Below are positions 1 to 11,232 of a DNA stretch of 64,000 nt, one piece after another. Origin of the DNA: Candidatus Bathyarchaeota archaeon. Lineage in GTDB: Archaea > Thermoproteota > Bathyarchaeia > Bathyarchaeales > Bathycorpusculaceae. The position numbers were made by a program, and so were the translations under genes. The stretch's first letter is position 1. The number at the start of each line of letters is the position of its first letter. Under the pieces are notes generated by a model that made no database searches, was not told the origin of the DNA, and saw nothing but the letters and a program-made list of their open reading frames with translations. The DNA lies in NCBI GenBank assembly GCA_963770935.1, contig CAVYRJ010000005.1:1-64000 (forward strand). The letters run 5' to 3'.

Positions 1-196
1 AGCTCAATATCGGGTTTCAACAATATGTTATCTTTTCTTAAATCATTATAAAAAATATTTTATAATAATTTAATGACTCATTTTTTAGTTTGATTTCTCC
101 ACTTTTTTGCCCAATAGAGCTCAATTATTAATACATCCCTACCAAATTCGAAACGTAAAAAATAGCTGGTGATGTAATCAGGTATTGTTATAATGA

Positions 197-700
197 TTAT
201 TCGACTAGATTTTTTGTGTACTCCCAGATTTTGTCACTGACATAATGTAGGGTTTTGACAACCGGTCCTTTTTTGGTTTGTTTGGCGATTTCTGCATCAA
301 GGAGGCTCTCGCCTAGTGCTAAGGCTTTTCCATGCTTCATATCAACAATCAAAACCAGGTTGCCTTTGTTAAATTCGCCTTCGATGCGTACGATTCCCGG
401 AGCCATAACGGTTGCGCCCTTGCAAACATAGGGGATGGCGCCCATGTCAACTACGATTTTAGGCGCTATGCTATTGAACTCGGAGAATAGTAATGTAGGT
501 AAAATTTCATCTCCAACTTTGTATAATACAGGTTTTCCTTCGATAAGGTAGATGTCTCCAACATCTGACTCGACAACTTCAACGTTGGCTTTGGCTCCAA
601 AAAGTGATTCAACGTCAAGTCTTAGTTTTTTTGACGCTTCCTCCACGATTTGCTTTGCCTCTTTTGCTTTCAAGGGATATCTGCGTTGTTTTGTGGGCAT
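197..700 (-). CDS. PUA-domain RNA-binding protein (archaeal Tma20/MCT-1-like)
   Basis: C-terminal PUA signature VVDMGAIPYVCKGATVMAPGIV...GKALALG. Confidence 0.85.
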   Translation of the reverse strand: MPTKQRRYPLKAKEAKQIVEEASKKLRLDVESLFGAKANVEVVESDVGDIYLIEGKPVLYKVGDEILPTLLFSEFNSIAPKIVVDMGAIPYVCKGATVMAPGIVRIEGEFNKGNLVLIVDMKHGKALALGESLLDAEIAKQTKKGPVVKTLHYVSDKIWEYTKNLVE

Positions 701-720
701 CTTTAACCTTCATTACTGGG

Positions 721-1341
721 CTATTGCGGGCTAATTAGTTTTTCTTGATTTGAACTCGTTATTTTTTGTTTTTTCTTGAAAAGCCTTTCTGCAAGCTTAC
801 CCAAATCAACTTTCAACAAGATAATTGTGATGGCGACGGTTAATACGATGGAGATTACGATCATAAGCTCTGGGCTTAGCCAAGTAGAAAATATGTCTAA
901 TGCAAACCCTCCTAAGAACGCGCCTGCTACGGCAATCGTTAGTTTTCCTAAGAAGTATGCTGTAAAAAACTTTGCTGGACTATATTTCATTAGTCCCAAA
1001 GGGATGACTATGGGTTCATCGGGTATCGGCGACGCTGCCGCAATAAAAAGTAACGGAAAAGCCCAGCGTTTGGCCTTCTGTGCATCGGCATCTAAACGTT
1101 GTCTTCTTTTCTGGCTTAGGCGTCCACTGATGAAGAATGTTATCATGTAATGACTGCCCTTGGCTAGGGCAGCGCCTAATGCAACTAGAAGACCTACAGT
1201 CACTTTTGTTGTGACATCGGCGTCTGCCAAGATGGGTGCAAACCATGTTGGAATAAGTAGGTTTGACGGTCCAGCAAACGGGATTAAATTCACTCCCAGT
1301 GAAACAAGAAGAACAATTACGAATTCAATTAGTGACGCCAT
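721..1341 (-). CDS. DedA/VTT-family membrane protein
   Basis: Hydrophobic helices and the motif AASPIPDEPIVIPLGLMKY; start placed at MASLIEF rather than the ORF-track start at 1452. Confidence 0.75.
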   Translation of the reverse strand: MASLIEFVIVLLVSLGVNLIPFAGPSNLLIPTWFAPILADADVTTKVTVGLLVALGAALAKGSHYMITFFISGRLSQKRRQRLDADAQKAKRWAFPLLFIAAASPIPDEPIVIPLGLMKYSPAKFFTAYFLGKLTIAVAGAFLGGFALDIFSTWLSPELMIVISIVLTVAITIILLKVDLGKLAERLFKKKQKITSSNQEKLISPQ

Positions 1342-1529
1342 TTTAAGCTGCCCGCGGTCTTTACTCCGAGAGTTACTCCCACCGAACCTTATAAGCACAA
1401 CCTGCAAATCCGCATAATAACCAACTTTACAACCAGCTATTGTTGCTCGCAATCACATCAGCATGCTTAGATAGGTTTAAATGGGGAGAGTTCAAGTATA
1501 GAGAGATAATAATACATGAGGATTCCAAT

Positions 1530-1757
1530 ATGAGCGAAATGACAACCGAAATCCTTGAACAAAACCTCAGCAAAATCGTACTTGTACGCCTGAAAGGTGG
1601 AAAAAGCCTCAGAGGCAGACTGAAGGGTTTCGATCAACACTTAAACCTGGTTCTAGAAGAAACAGAAGACACAACTGTCGTTGAAGATCAAAGGAAACTT
1701 GGACTAATAATCGTTCGCGGAGACAACGTAGTCCTTATATCACCACCACCTAGGTGA
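1530..1757 (+). CDS. Sm-like (LSm) archaeal protein
   Basis: Sm1 motif LRGRLKGFDQHLNLVL and Sm2 motif IIVRGDNVVLISP; typical linkage to L37e. Confidence 0.95.
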   Translation: MSEMTTEILEQNLSKIVLVRLKGGKSLRGRLKGFDQHLNLVLEETEDTTVVEDQRKLGLIIVRGDNVVLISPPPR

Positions 1758-1762
1758 GTTAA

Positions 1763-1951
1763 ATGGGTAAAGGCACTCCATCAATGGGTAAGCGCCAGGG
1801 CAAGACTGTCCACATCATGTGTCGGCGCTGTGGCAGACGAGCATATCACGTACGCCACAAACGTTGCGCGGCTTGCGGTTTCGGCGAACAAGCAACTATA
1901 AGACGGTACAACTGGCGAACAAAGACTCTGCAAAGACAAAGAGTCTGTTAA
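1763..1951 (+). CDS. rpl37e: 50S ribosomal protein L37e
   Basis: [16 protein letters not shown]...CAACGFG zinc finger. Confidence 0.97.
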   Translation: MGKGTPSMGKRQGKTVHIMCRRCGRRAYHVRHKRCAACGFGEQATIRRYNWRTKTLQRQRVC

Positions 1952-2047
1952 ACCGTCGCAAAACTTTTCGATATTTAATTTCTTTTTAATTTTATAAAGT
2001 TTAATTTTAAAAGAATATTTGAATAAACAATAGAAAAATTTTTGCGC

Positions 2048-2701
2048 TTACTCAAGCGCGTTATAATAGCCTTTGTCGATTTTTACGAAGATTAAGGGTC
2101 CTTTGCTTTGAGCCATTTCCCGAGCTTTTCGCAAGGAATTGTTCAATGTTGTGAAGAGTCTTTCTTTGTCTGTAACGTTCTGTAGGTTCTTTTCTCCTAG
2201 CTCCATCTTTAAGAGGTTCTCTGCTAAGATTTCAGTTCCGCAAATCTCTCCGTTCTTTATAAGTGTCGAGACTACGACTTCTTGGAGTTCTTGCTTATGC
2301 TCTATTTTGCGCCATAATGGTTCAACGTTAGCGAGTGTTTTTGACATTTTGCTCCATTTGTTTGCGTTCTGGTCGCCGATGAGCAGTTTAACGCGTTCTT
2401 TCCATTTCTTAAACCAGATGCTTGTCCAAACAGTCAGATAAGCATCGAGTTCTGCAGCGTCTTCTTTGTAGAGCTTCTCAAGTCTTTCCACTAGTTCGCA
2501 TTGGTTGGCTTCTTTTCCAATCAGGTTCCAATGAAATTTTAGGTAATTGGTAAAATCCTGACATGCAACCTGAAAAACTTTACGATCCGAGCCCATGATG
2601 TCGAGAGCTGAATCCGCATCTTTCAACTTCTCCCCTAACATAATCTCCACAAAGTTCATATTGAATACCGCTCCGAAGCCCTTCTCCTTCTCCATATCCA
2701 C
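2048..2701 (-). CDS. Hypothetical helical protein
   Basis: 217-aa ORF with protein-like composition; no motif recognised. Confidence 0.6.
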   Translation of the reverse strand: MDMEKEKGFGAVFNMNFVEIMLGEKLKDADSALDIMGSDRKVFQVACQDFTNYLKFHWNLIGKEANQCELVERLEKLYKEDAAELDAYLTVWTSIWFKKWKERVKLLIGDQNANKWSKMSKTLANVEPLWRKIEHKQELQEVVVSTLIKNGEICGTEILAENLLKMELGEKNLQNVTDKERLFTTLNNSLRKAREMAQSKGPLIFVKIDKGYYNALE

Positions 2702-2798
2702 TTAAGATTGAGGTTTTAATTAAACCTTATTTTTTCTGTGGCATATAACTGCCTAAGTAGATTCTAGCAATATATCTGATCCTGATATACCAAAAAGT

Positions 2799-3455
2799 TT
2801 ACTCAATGAACTCTGGAAGTGCGTTGAGATCTGGCAATATCAAATCTGGGCATTCTTTGGCCAGTTCATCACGTTCAAATAGTCCTGAAAGCACTGCAAC
2901 AGTTTTTGCTCCTGCCGCTTTTCCAGCTTTTATATCGTTAACGGAGTCTCCGGCAATGATGCAATCGCACATTTCAATGTCTAAAGCTTCGACGCATCGG
3001 ATTAATGCTTCAGGCGAAGGCTTAGGCTTTGATGTATCCAACGCAGTTACTACATGGCTAAAAAATTTTGAGATGCCCAAATAGTCCAGTTCTTTTTGGA
3101 TGACTTGGTTTGGGCAATGGCGCATGGTTATTAGCGCCAGTTTAGCTCTTCCCGAGAGAGTTTGCAGCGTTGCGGAAACGTTGGGTATGAGCCTAGTTTT
3201 TGCTTCCGTAACAGAATAATACGCCTTCAAGTACACTTGCATGAACTCTTTCGTATTTCCACAGGTAAGGTCGTCGATTGTTAGGCGTTGCTCTATTCTT
3301 CTTGGAATTTCAAGGAGAACATTGGTTTCAGGCGTTTTTTTCCCAATGGCTTGGAATGCAATTCTAGCCGCTTCAATATAGGCTCCTGTGGAATCTACAA
3401 TTGTGCCATCTAAATCAAGGAAAATGCCTTTTACTTTCCATCTTTTCGGGTTCAT
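2799..3455 (-). CDS. HAD-superfamily hydrolase (phosphoglycolate phosphatase-like)
   Basis: DLDGT motif I, KPSP and GDSVND motifs. Confidence 0.9.
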   Translation of the reverse strand: MNPKRWKVKGIFLDLDGTIVDSTGAYIEAARIAFQAIGKKTPETNVLLEIPRRIEQRLTIDDLTCGNTKEFMQVYLKAYYSVTEAKTRLIPNVSATLQTLSGRAKLALITMRHCPNQVIQKELDYLGISKFFSHVVTALDTSKPKPSPEALIRCVEALDIEMCDCIIAGDSVNDIKAGKAAGAKTVAVLSGLFERDELAKECPDLILPDLNALPEFIE

Positions 3456-3605
3456 TGTTGTCTTTGTTGATTGTTTGCTTAGTTTCTTAAAGGTTCCCGT
3501 GCCTTTTGGTGGTTTTTTTGAGGTTATTTCTATATTTTCTATATATATTATGGTGGTTATCTCTATAGGTACCTTTTGCTTTGTAAATATTGAATAAATG
3601 GAGAG

Positions 3606-3791
3606 GTGAATACAAGAATGTTATCACGTGATTGTGATGGCTGCTCCAAGCATAAGGAATGCGGCAATCGATACCAAAAAGCATTAAAAGGCGACAAAGT
3701 CTACTGCCCTGATGGTACAGCACATCTGATTGACAGCTCAAGCCTAAATCAAAGCCCCCAAGACGTTTGTTCCTTACAAGCGTTCCAATGA
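3606..3791 (+). CDS. Small Cys-rich putative metal-binding protein
   Basis: CDGC..ECG..YCPDG; GGAGAGG immediately before the GTG start (an alternative ATG lies 12 nt downstream). Confidence 0.5.
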   Translation: MNTRMLSRDCDGCSKHKECGNRYQKALKGDKVYCPDGTAHLIDSSSLNQSPQDVCSLQAFQ

Positions 3792-4026
3792 TTGAGCAGC
3801 TTAAGATCTCTTTAACAGAAAAAAACTTGTTATTTGTTTCATTTTCTGAGCAACAAGGTTTTAAAATAGTTTATTAAAACTGATTCAGATTTAAGATCAT
3901 TTAACTATTTGAGTTTAACTTCAAATATGAAAATTCGGTATTTGATGATTCAAACGTTTTTTACACGTAAAATAAACACGAACATTCGCTTAACAAAACG
4001 GCGGTTAAGGAAAAAGTTAGGAAATA

Positions 4027-5079
4027 CTAACCTAGAACAGATTCAACATTCAGGTTTAGTACAACCTCGGATATGTCAGTTGCATACTCGGCGGTTCGCC
4101 TAACGCTTTCTATAATCAATCTTAAGTTGACGACTTCGTCGGCTTTTATGCTTTGTGAGCACAATACAGAGTCCTTTTCAAGTTTATGCACTTGACTTAT
4201 TTTTTCAATAACGGTTTCAGCTAAGTTGAAGTCGTGCCTAAAAAGCGCATCCATGGAACTTTCAAACATTGAGATAGCTAAACCGCTAAGCTGGCTTAGT
4301 TTTTCCAATAATTCTTCATTTACCGGATCCTTTAGCTGCAACGTGTTTTCGGATATCTTTGTCGCATGGTCAGCAGTTCTCTCCACTGCCCTGGCGATTA
4401 GTCTGTATCCTAAGCACTCTTTTTGGCTGGTTAAACCGATTTCTTTCACTACTCTCTGGTTTGAAACAGCTAGCTTCAAGAGTCTTACGATGTATAGGCT
4501 AAAGCGATTTACTTCACGGTCAGTCTCGATAACGGCTTTCGCGCTGGGATAATCAAGTTTTTTTAATGCTGCTATGGCTTCTTTATGCATAGATGAAGCA
4601 ATAATTGACATTCTACTTAGTGCATTTTGAACAGTGAGTTCAGGGTAGTTGAGTAAAACCTGCAGGGTTAGCTCAGATGGTGTATCGATTACGATTTCTG
4701 TTCCTACCAGGTAGTGCCTGGCGAAGGACTTTAGGTGGTTTCGAAGTTTTGAGGAAAGTACTTTCTGTCCCTGTGCTCTTACATGTAGGATGTTGTAGCC
4801 GCTTAAGTACGCAGAAATTGCTGTTCTCATGATTGCGTCAGGATTATCGTTTATTGAAACTTTAATGAAAGCTTCATCTTGTTTTTCTTTTTTTGGAAAA
4901 GTGGCTGGAGCAATAGATAATGAGCCGTCTTCTTCCTCCCTGACCATCATGGAGCTTCCGCGTTTTAGCTCGTTTTTGGTTGCCCAATCCTTAGGCAAAG
5001 ACAATATGAAAGTTGAACCGCCTGTTACCTGCAGTTTTCTTTGTTCTTCGTTTAGTTTTTCTACAGTTTCTTTTGACAA
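4027..5079 (-). CDS. AbrB-PhoU phosphate uptake regulator
   Basis: N-terminal AbrB-type RKLQVTGGSTFILSLPKDW plus two PhoU repeats (ERTADHA, RRTAEYA); divergent from the pst operon. Confidence 0.92.
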   Translation of the reverse strand: MSKETVEKLNEEQRKLQVTGGSTFILSLPKDWATKNELKRGSSMMVREEEDGSLSIAPATFPKKEKQDEAFIKVSINDNPDAIMRTAISAYLSGYNILHVRAQGQKVLSSKLRNHLKSFARHYLVGTEIVIDTPSELTLQVLLNYPELTVQNALSRMSIIASSMHKEAIAALKKLDYPSAKAVIETDREVNRFSLYIVRLLKLAVSNQRVVKEIGLTSQKECLGYRLIARAVERTADHATKISENTLQLKDPVNEELLEKLSQLSGLAISMFESSMDALFRHDFNLAETVIEKISQVHKLEKDSVLCSQSIKADEVVNLRLIIESVRRTAEYATDISEVVLNLNVESVLG

Positions 5080-5133
5080 AAACGCTTTAGCTCCAATATA
5101 GTTTTGTCCTACTTTATATGATATTAATTATAT

Positions 5134-5190
5134 TAGATATATCTATATAGATTATGAAGTTTATTGAGCATGATGACTTAATAATCATCA
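5134..5190. promoter_or_regulatory. AT-rich palindromes upstream of the AbrB-PhoU regulator
   Basis: Overlapping perfect palindromes TAGATATATCTA (5134-5145) and ATCTATATAGAT (5141-5152); TGATGA-N8-TCATCA at 5171-5190. Confidence 0.35.
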
Positions 5191-5497
5191 ATTGGAAAAT
5201 AATGCCTTGGATCTTAAGATTTTTAGAATTTTTTTCTCCTATAGTTTTTGTGGATCCTTGTAAAACGCGTTTTATTTTCTTTCGTGATGCTTTCTGTGAA
5301 TTCAACATTCATTCTTAATAGCGAGTTCAACAATAAATATGGGAGTCTTTTTGTGTAGGTAAGTTTAAGAATTTTTTCCTATTGAAAATTCTATTATTAA
5401 TAGATAGCTTATGAGAGAAAATATATAAAATATATAGACTATGTCGAACATGTATAAAACCGTACCAGTTATTTAGAATCCAACGAGGAAAATAATA

Positions 5498-6789
5498 ATG
5501 AAATCCATATATACAGTCGCTATAGCGATCATCGCAATAGCCGTAATAATTGGAAGTGTATTCGCTTATACTTATTTATCAAGTCCATCAGCCGAACCCA
5601 CACCAACTCCAACTCCAGCGCCAACTAACACTCCAACAATCTCGCCATCTGTGACACCTTCCGCTTCACCTGGTACTACTGCAACTCCAACCCCAAACCC
5701 TTCCTCACCAACAGTCGTCACCAACAGCAACTATTGCACCCACTCCTACTCCGAGTCCTACTCCCATCCCAACTCCAGGTCCAGCCTCAATAACAGGCTC
5801 CGGTGCGACTTTTCCGCAGCCTTTCATCGCAGCAACCATTAACACATGGCAACAAATTAGAACAAACGTACAAATCAACTACCAAGGTGTAGGAAGTGGC
5901 TCAGGTATAAATGCCCTCACAGCTAAAACTGTTGACTTCGCGTGTTCAGACGCAGCATTAACCTCCTCCCAAGCATCTGCCGCTCCAAATGCAGTTCATA
6001 TTCCAGAAACAATTGGCGCAATCACAATAGCATACAACGTTCCAGGCGTCGCAACTGGTCTGAAACTAACTGGTCCAATCATTGCTGACATTTACCTTGG
6101 AACAATTACAAACTGGAACGACCAACGAATAACATCTATCAACCCAGGAGTCAACCTGCCCAGTAACGCTATAATATCTAGTCAGACGATCTGATAGCTC
6201 CGGAACAACAAATTGGTTTACAAAATACTTAAGCTCACAAAGCACACATGGTCAAACCAAGTTGGAAGCGGCACAACCGTTCAGTGGCCAGGAACTACAG
6301 TAGGCCAATCCGGTAACAACGGCGTAGCAGGTTATGTCGATACGACACCCTATGCCATAGGTTACGTGGAATTAGCCTATGCACTCACCAATACAGTACC
6401 TGTTGCACAAGTCATGAATGCAGCTGGCAACTACATTACTCCATCGCTCGCTTCTTCAACTGCTGCTGCACAATCTATTCCGACAAGCGGATTACCAACT
6501 GGCACTGGTGATTGGTCGGGTGTAAGTATTCTCAACGCTCCAGGCGCTCAAGCATATCCGATTGTGGTTCCAACCTACATGCTAGTCTATAAGGAGCTCA
6601 ATGTCGTTCCGGGAATGACTACTTGACAAGGCTACTCAACTTGTGCAGTACATGTGGTATGTTGTCCATGACGGTCAGTCACTCGCAGCATCATTGCAAT
6701 ACGCAGCACTTCCAGCGAATTTGGTTCAGATCGACGAGACAACACTTAATTCGATTACTTTCAACGGACAAACTTTGGTGACGCATTAA
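5498..6789 (+). CDS. pstS: Phosphate ABC transporter substrate-binding protein (frameshifted in this sequence)
   Basis: TM anchor and Pro/Thr linker, then GSGATFP, NYQGVGSGSG, RRSDSSGTT and GYVELAYA spread over several frames. Confidence 0.9.
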
Positions 6790-6879
6790 CCACCCAGTCT
6801 TTTCTTTTTTCTATAACCTTTAAGTTCAAGAACTCAAAATAACAAAAAGGATCAACAGCAATACCAAGATAGGGTATCA

Positions 6880-7821
6880 ATGAAGTTTAAAATAACCATT
6901 GACAATATATTCAGAATAATTGCTGGTGCCATAGCGGCTTCTGCAATCATCATTTTGATCATCAACGCTATTGTCTTGGGCACTGGATCAACGATTATCT
7001 TTAGCCACTCAGGCGCAGGCTTTCTAACAGGAATAAACTGGAACCCTGTTGAGGGCAGAGAATCCTTTGGAGTGCTCCCTTATGTTTTGGGAACAATAGT
7101 TACTTCAGGTATCGCGTTGCTAATTGGAGTTCCTCTAAGCCTTGGCATCGCAATTTTTCTAGTGGAGATGGCTCCAAAATCAATCAGAATTCCGATATCG
7201 TATCTCGTTGAATTACTTGCAGCGGTACCTAGCGTTATCTTTGGGTTATGGGGTCTTTTTGTACTTCGTTTCTGGGTTATGGACTACATTGAAAAACCAA
7301 TCAACGCTTATTTAGGGTGGATTCCAATTTTCAGCGGGACTCCTTTTGGACTTGATATTTTTACTGCAGGCATAATTTTATCCATAATGATTATTCCCAC
7401 TGTTGCTTCAATATCCAAAGAAGTAATCAGCGCGGTTCCAAATTCAATCCGTGAAGGTGCTTACAGTATTGGGGCAACGAAGTGGGAGACAATCCGTATT
7501 TGGGTTCTTGGTTATGGTCGCTCAGGAATCTTTGGTGCAATAATTCTTGGTTTGGGCAGGGCGGTAGGCGAAACAATGGCGGTTACAATGGTAATAGGTA
7601 ACGCGATAGGTCCAAGTGCAATGCCTTATTCTCTTTTTAGACCTGGCCAGACGCTTCCATCTTTGATAGCAAACGGTTTCTTGGAGGCACCTACTCCACT
7701 TGAAAAGTCAGCTTACATGGGTGCAGGACTTGTTTTGCTCGTTTTGAGTCTTGTAATAAACATAATAGCCTACATCATGGTTACCCGTCTTCTTAAAGTG
7801 AAAGGAGGAGCTGTGGAATAA
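6880..7821 (+). CDS. pstC: Phosphate ABC transporter permease
   Basis: ELLAAVPSVIFGLWG, GRAVGETMAV. Confidence 0.95.
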   Translation: MKFKITIDNIFRIIAGAIAASAIIILIINAIVLGTGSTIIFSHSGAGFLTGINWNPVEGRESFGVLPYVLGTIVTSGIALLIGVPLSLGIAIFLVEMAPKSIRIPISYLVELLAAVPSVIFGLWGLFVLRFWVMDYIEKPINAYLGWIPIFSGTPFGLDIFTAGIILSIMIIPTVASISKEVISAVPNSIREGAYSIGATKWETIRIWVLGYGRSGIFGAIILGLGRAVGETMAVTMVIGNAIGPSAMPYSLFRPGQTLPSLIANGFLEAPTPLEKSAYMGAGLVLLVLSLVINIIAYIMVTRLLKVKGGAVE

Positions 7822-7822
7822 A

Positions 7823-8674
7823 ATGCTTAGCAAGTTGAGCAAAATGCTAAGAAGCTATGGATTTAGAAAATTCAAGAACAGAATTTTCTTTTTCTTATGC
7901 TTGCTTTGTGTAGTAATAGCAGTAATACCTTTAGCTAGTATCATTATTGAGGTTATAGTAAAGGGCGCTCCAGTGTTAAGTATCAATTTTTTGACTGCTG
8001 ATGGAATGAATAATGGCATTGGTCCCGCAATTCAGGGAACCCTAATTCTCATCGGTTTGACTAGCTTGATTGGAGTGCCTATTGGAATATTGTCGGGTGT
8101 ATACTTGGCTGAATATGGAAATAACAAGTATGCTGCAATAATGCGTTCAATTAATGATGTTCTTACAGAATTTCCATCTATAGTTATAGGAATAACAGCT
8201 TTTACTGTAATAGTTATAGGCGTTACAGGAAGCTTTTCGCCTCTTGCAGGTGCCATTGCGCTTTCTTTTATGATGATTCCTATAGTAGCTAGAACCACTG
8301 AAGAATCACTCAAATTGGTGTCTAATTCTGTCCGTGAAGCTTCACTAGCTCTGGGAATACATAAATGGCGAACGACTATCAGCATTGTTTTACCTGCAGG
8401 AAAAGCTGGTCTCATTACAGGCACGCTTCTTGCGGTAGCAAGAATTGCAGGTGAAACCGCGCCCATTTTGCTAACAATTTTGGGCAGTAGTTACTTCTTT
8501 GAAAGCTTGAATAGACCCATGGACGCTTTGCCCTTGAGGATTTTTCTGAACTCTCGATACCCCTCTCCAGAAGCCCAAGGACAAGCTTGGGGGGCAGCTT
8601 TAATATTAATTCTGATCGTTTTATCCATTAACATTATCGTTAGAGTAGTAAGTAGAAATCGTCTAAAAGGATGA
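7823..8674 (+). CDS. pstA: Phosphate ABC transporter permease
   Basis: PSIVIG, ARIAGETAP. Confidence 0.95.
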   Translation: MLSKLSKMLRSYGFRKFKNRIFFFLCLLCVVIAVIPLASIIIEVIVKGAPVLSINFLTADGMNNGIGPAIQGTLILIGLTSLIGVPIGILSGVYLAEYGNNKYAAIMRSINDVLTEFPSIVIGITAFTVIVIGVTGSFSPLAGAIALSFMMIPIVARTTEESLKLVSNSVREASLALGIHKWRTTISIVLPAGKAGLITGTLLAVARIAGETAPILLTILGSSYFFESLNRPMDALPLRIFLNSRYPSPEAQGQAWGAALILILIVLSINIIVRVVSRNRLKG

Positions 8675-8680
8675 AAGGTA

Positions 8681-9445
8681 ATGATAAACGAACAAAAGAT
8701 GCAAAGTATCAACTTAAGCGCTTGGTTTGGACAAAAACAGGTCTTAAAGGACATAAACCTAAATATGAAATCAAACGCGGTAACTGCCATAATTGGTCCA
8801 TCTGGATGTGGCAAATCCACTTTTATCCGATGCCTAAACCGAATGCATGAACTCACGCCCAACGCCAAAATGACAGGTCAAGTTTTGTTAGACGACCAAA
8901 ACATCTACGACAAGCAAGTTGATCCCGTGCAGGTTCGTCGAAGAGTCGGTATGGTGTTTCAGAAGCCAAACCCATTCCCAACAATGTCTATTTATGATAA
9001 TGTAGCTGCTGGCCTTCGGTTGACTGGAGCCAAAAAAGGCAGGAATCTAGATGAAGTAGTTAAACATAGCTTAGAGCGAGCCACGCTTTGGGATGAAGTA
9101 AAAGATGATTTAAAGAAATCTGGCACAAGCATTTCAGGAGGACAGCAGCAACGTTTGTGTATTGCACGGGCGATTGCATTGGAGCCTGAAGTTATTTTGA
9201 TGGATGAACCTTGCTCGGCTTTGGACCCAATAGCTACGTCTAAGATCGAGCAGTTGGTAGTTGAATTAAAGCGTGATTATACGGTTGTAATTGTTACTCA
9301 TAATATGCAGCAAGCTTCGAGAGTTTCGGATTGCACCGCTTTTATGTACCTTGGTTCGTTAATCGAATTTGGGCTGACCGAAAATATTTTTGAGTCTCCA
9401 AAGAACCCATTAACGGAAAAATACATTAGTGGAGAATTCGGATAG
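8681..9445 (+). CDS. pstB: Phosphate ABC transporter ATPase
   Basis: [39 protein letters not shown]. Confidence 0.97.
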   Translation: MINEQKMQSINLSAWFGQKQVLKDINLNMKSNAVTAIIGPSGCGKSTFIRCLNRMHELTPNAKMTGQVLLDDQNIYDKQVDPVQVRRRVGMVFQKPNPFPTMSIYDNVAAGLRLTGAKKGRNLDEVVKHSLERATLWDEVKDDLKKSGTSISGGQQQRLCIARAIALEPEVILMDEPCSALDPIATSKIEQLVVELKRDYTVVIVTHNMQQASRVSDCTAFMYLGSLIEFGLTENIFESPKNPLTEKYISGEFG

Positions 9446-9454
9446 GAGATAACA

Positions 9455-10099
9455 ATGAGCAGAATAATCGACCGCGGATTAGAAGACCAATCAGTCTTAA
9501 TGGTTAGAATGGGTGAGTTGACCTATGACACCCTTGCACTTTCGATACATGGATACCTCGAAGGAAGAAGCGTTCAAGAATCAGTAAGGGAACTGTCAGA
9601 CATTCTTCTTACAATGGCTGATAAAGTTGAAGGTGAAGCATTCCAATTAATTGCACGTTTTCAACCTGTCGCATCAGACCTTAGAACGATAAAGTCTTAC
9701 ATGAAAATTGGCAATGACTTCGCCAGATACGGCAGATATGCACTCGATATATCCTTCATCAATGATAAACTACATGGGTTAAAAGAATGTGAAACTTGGA
9801 CACGCGACTATATCAACGAAATGAGCGAAAAAGTTCTTTCAATGGTCAAAATTAGCATAGATGCCTTAAAAAAACAAGACATTATTCTTGCCAAAACAAT
9901 TTCAGAGACTGAACGCCAAGTCGACAAAATGTACTTTGATTATCTTCACAAACTAATAAAAGACGAGCAAACTAACAGTAAATGTGTATTATCGAGTGCG
10001 CTGATGACTCGGTATTTGGAGCGTATTGCCGACCATGCGGTCTATGTTTGCGAGTCAATCGTGTACATCGTGACAGGTGAAAAAGTAGCCTTAGGCTAA
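9455..10099 (+). CDS. phoU: Phosphate signalling protein PhoU
   Basis: QPVASDLR, LERIADHA; last gene of the pst operon. Confidence 0.92.
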   Translation: MSRIIDRGLEDQSVLMVRMGELTYDTLALSIHGYLEGRSVQESVRELSDILLTMADKVEGEAFQLIARFQPVASDLRTIKSYMKIGNDFARYGRYALDISFINDKLHGLKECETWTRDYINEMSEKVLSMVKISIDALKKQDIILAKTISETERQVDKMYFDYLHKLIKDEQTNSKCVLSSALMTRYLERIADHAVYVCESIVYIVTGEKVALG

Positions 10100-11232
10100 A
10101 CTGCTTTATTTAAGCAGTAAATGATGAACTGTTGCCATATATAGTTGAAGCGTTTTACTGATGGCTTCCATTAAAGATCAAAAATCATCAACTTAATGAA
10201 CTTTAGGAACTTTTTTGTACAAGCACGAATACTCCTTTTTCTAAATTGATTGTTTTTGGTCCTTATGAAAAATAGTCTTGCTATTCGTTCAAGGTTCAAT
10301 ATTTTCTATAGAGATTAAGTCTTATCTATATTTTATGTGGAAACACTACATAAGCAAAGCTTTCAAACTATGTTATTGGTGCTGCATCATGCAAAATGAA
10401 AAGAAATCAAAACAAAAAGCAAAAAAACAAAATGAGAAGCCGTTCTTTTTTCAGCGGATATAAATTTCAGGTAAGAATGGGGGGAAGAAGCTGAGCAACA
10501 AGATGGAATCAAAGAACGGAAATTCGAGACTATTCGACTGGATGTTAGCAATCGATTTTGACGTAGCAGAATGTAAATGTTCCAGAAAAAATGTCGATTT
10601 AATTGCCGAAATCTTGTCCTTATAAGATGCAAAGCCAAACTGACATTGTTTTGCCAGTGGAGACAGTTTATGTTTGTATTATTCTCTAATCTTAATGCAA
10701 TAAATGTAGTTTTTTAAAAGTTTCAAGTAATATTTATAGTCTATTGAGCCAAACGGAGATGAGAAGTGTGTATTTCGGCTTTGCAAGGCTCTGTTGTCAT
10801 ACGAGCGTCTATATCCTAAGAATAAGATTGAAGTTAGAGGTTCAAGCTATCCAAACAAACTGCAAATGAATTCCAGTTGCAAAGCATTCATTTCTCATCA
10901 ATAATAGATGAACTGCTTGAAGCCAATAATCAATAACAAGGTCTGTTGAAATCTTCATCTTATCAACTAATAATTCAAACTTTGCATGTGAGCAATGTGT
11001 TTTGTTGATTTTCCTCAGTCAGTCTTATTTTTAAATCTTTTTTTTAAAATCATAGAAGTAAAATAAAGTAACTGCTGTCCTTTTCTCTCAACGTGTTCAG
11101 CGATAACTCTTCCTTTAATCGCTAGCCTACTTCTATTATGGCTCAGTTCCCGAAAAAGCACATTTGACCCTTAATTAAATTAAAAGATGACAAAAACCTT
11201 CAAAAGCAACATGAAATCAATCATTAAACTAA

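Noticed and set aside
10121-10161. ATGATGA...CTGA resembling a C/D box sRNA
   Set aside because: Too short for two guides and no convincing D'/C' boxes
10100-11230. 1.1-kb gap with short ORFs (10278-10463, 10387-10638 and fragments)
   Set aside because: No recognisable motifs, terminal repeats or consistent reading frame; cannot support a gene or element
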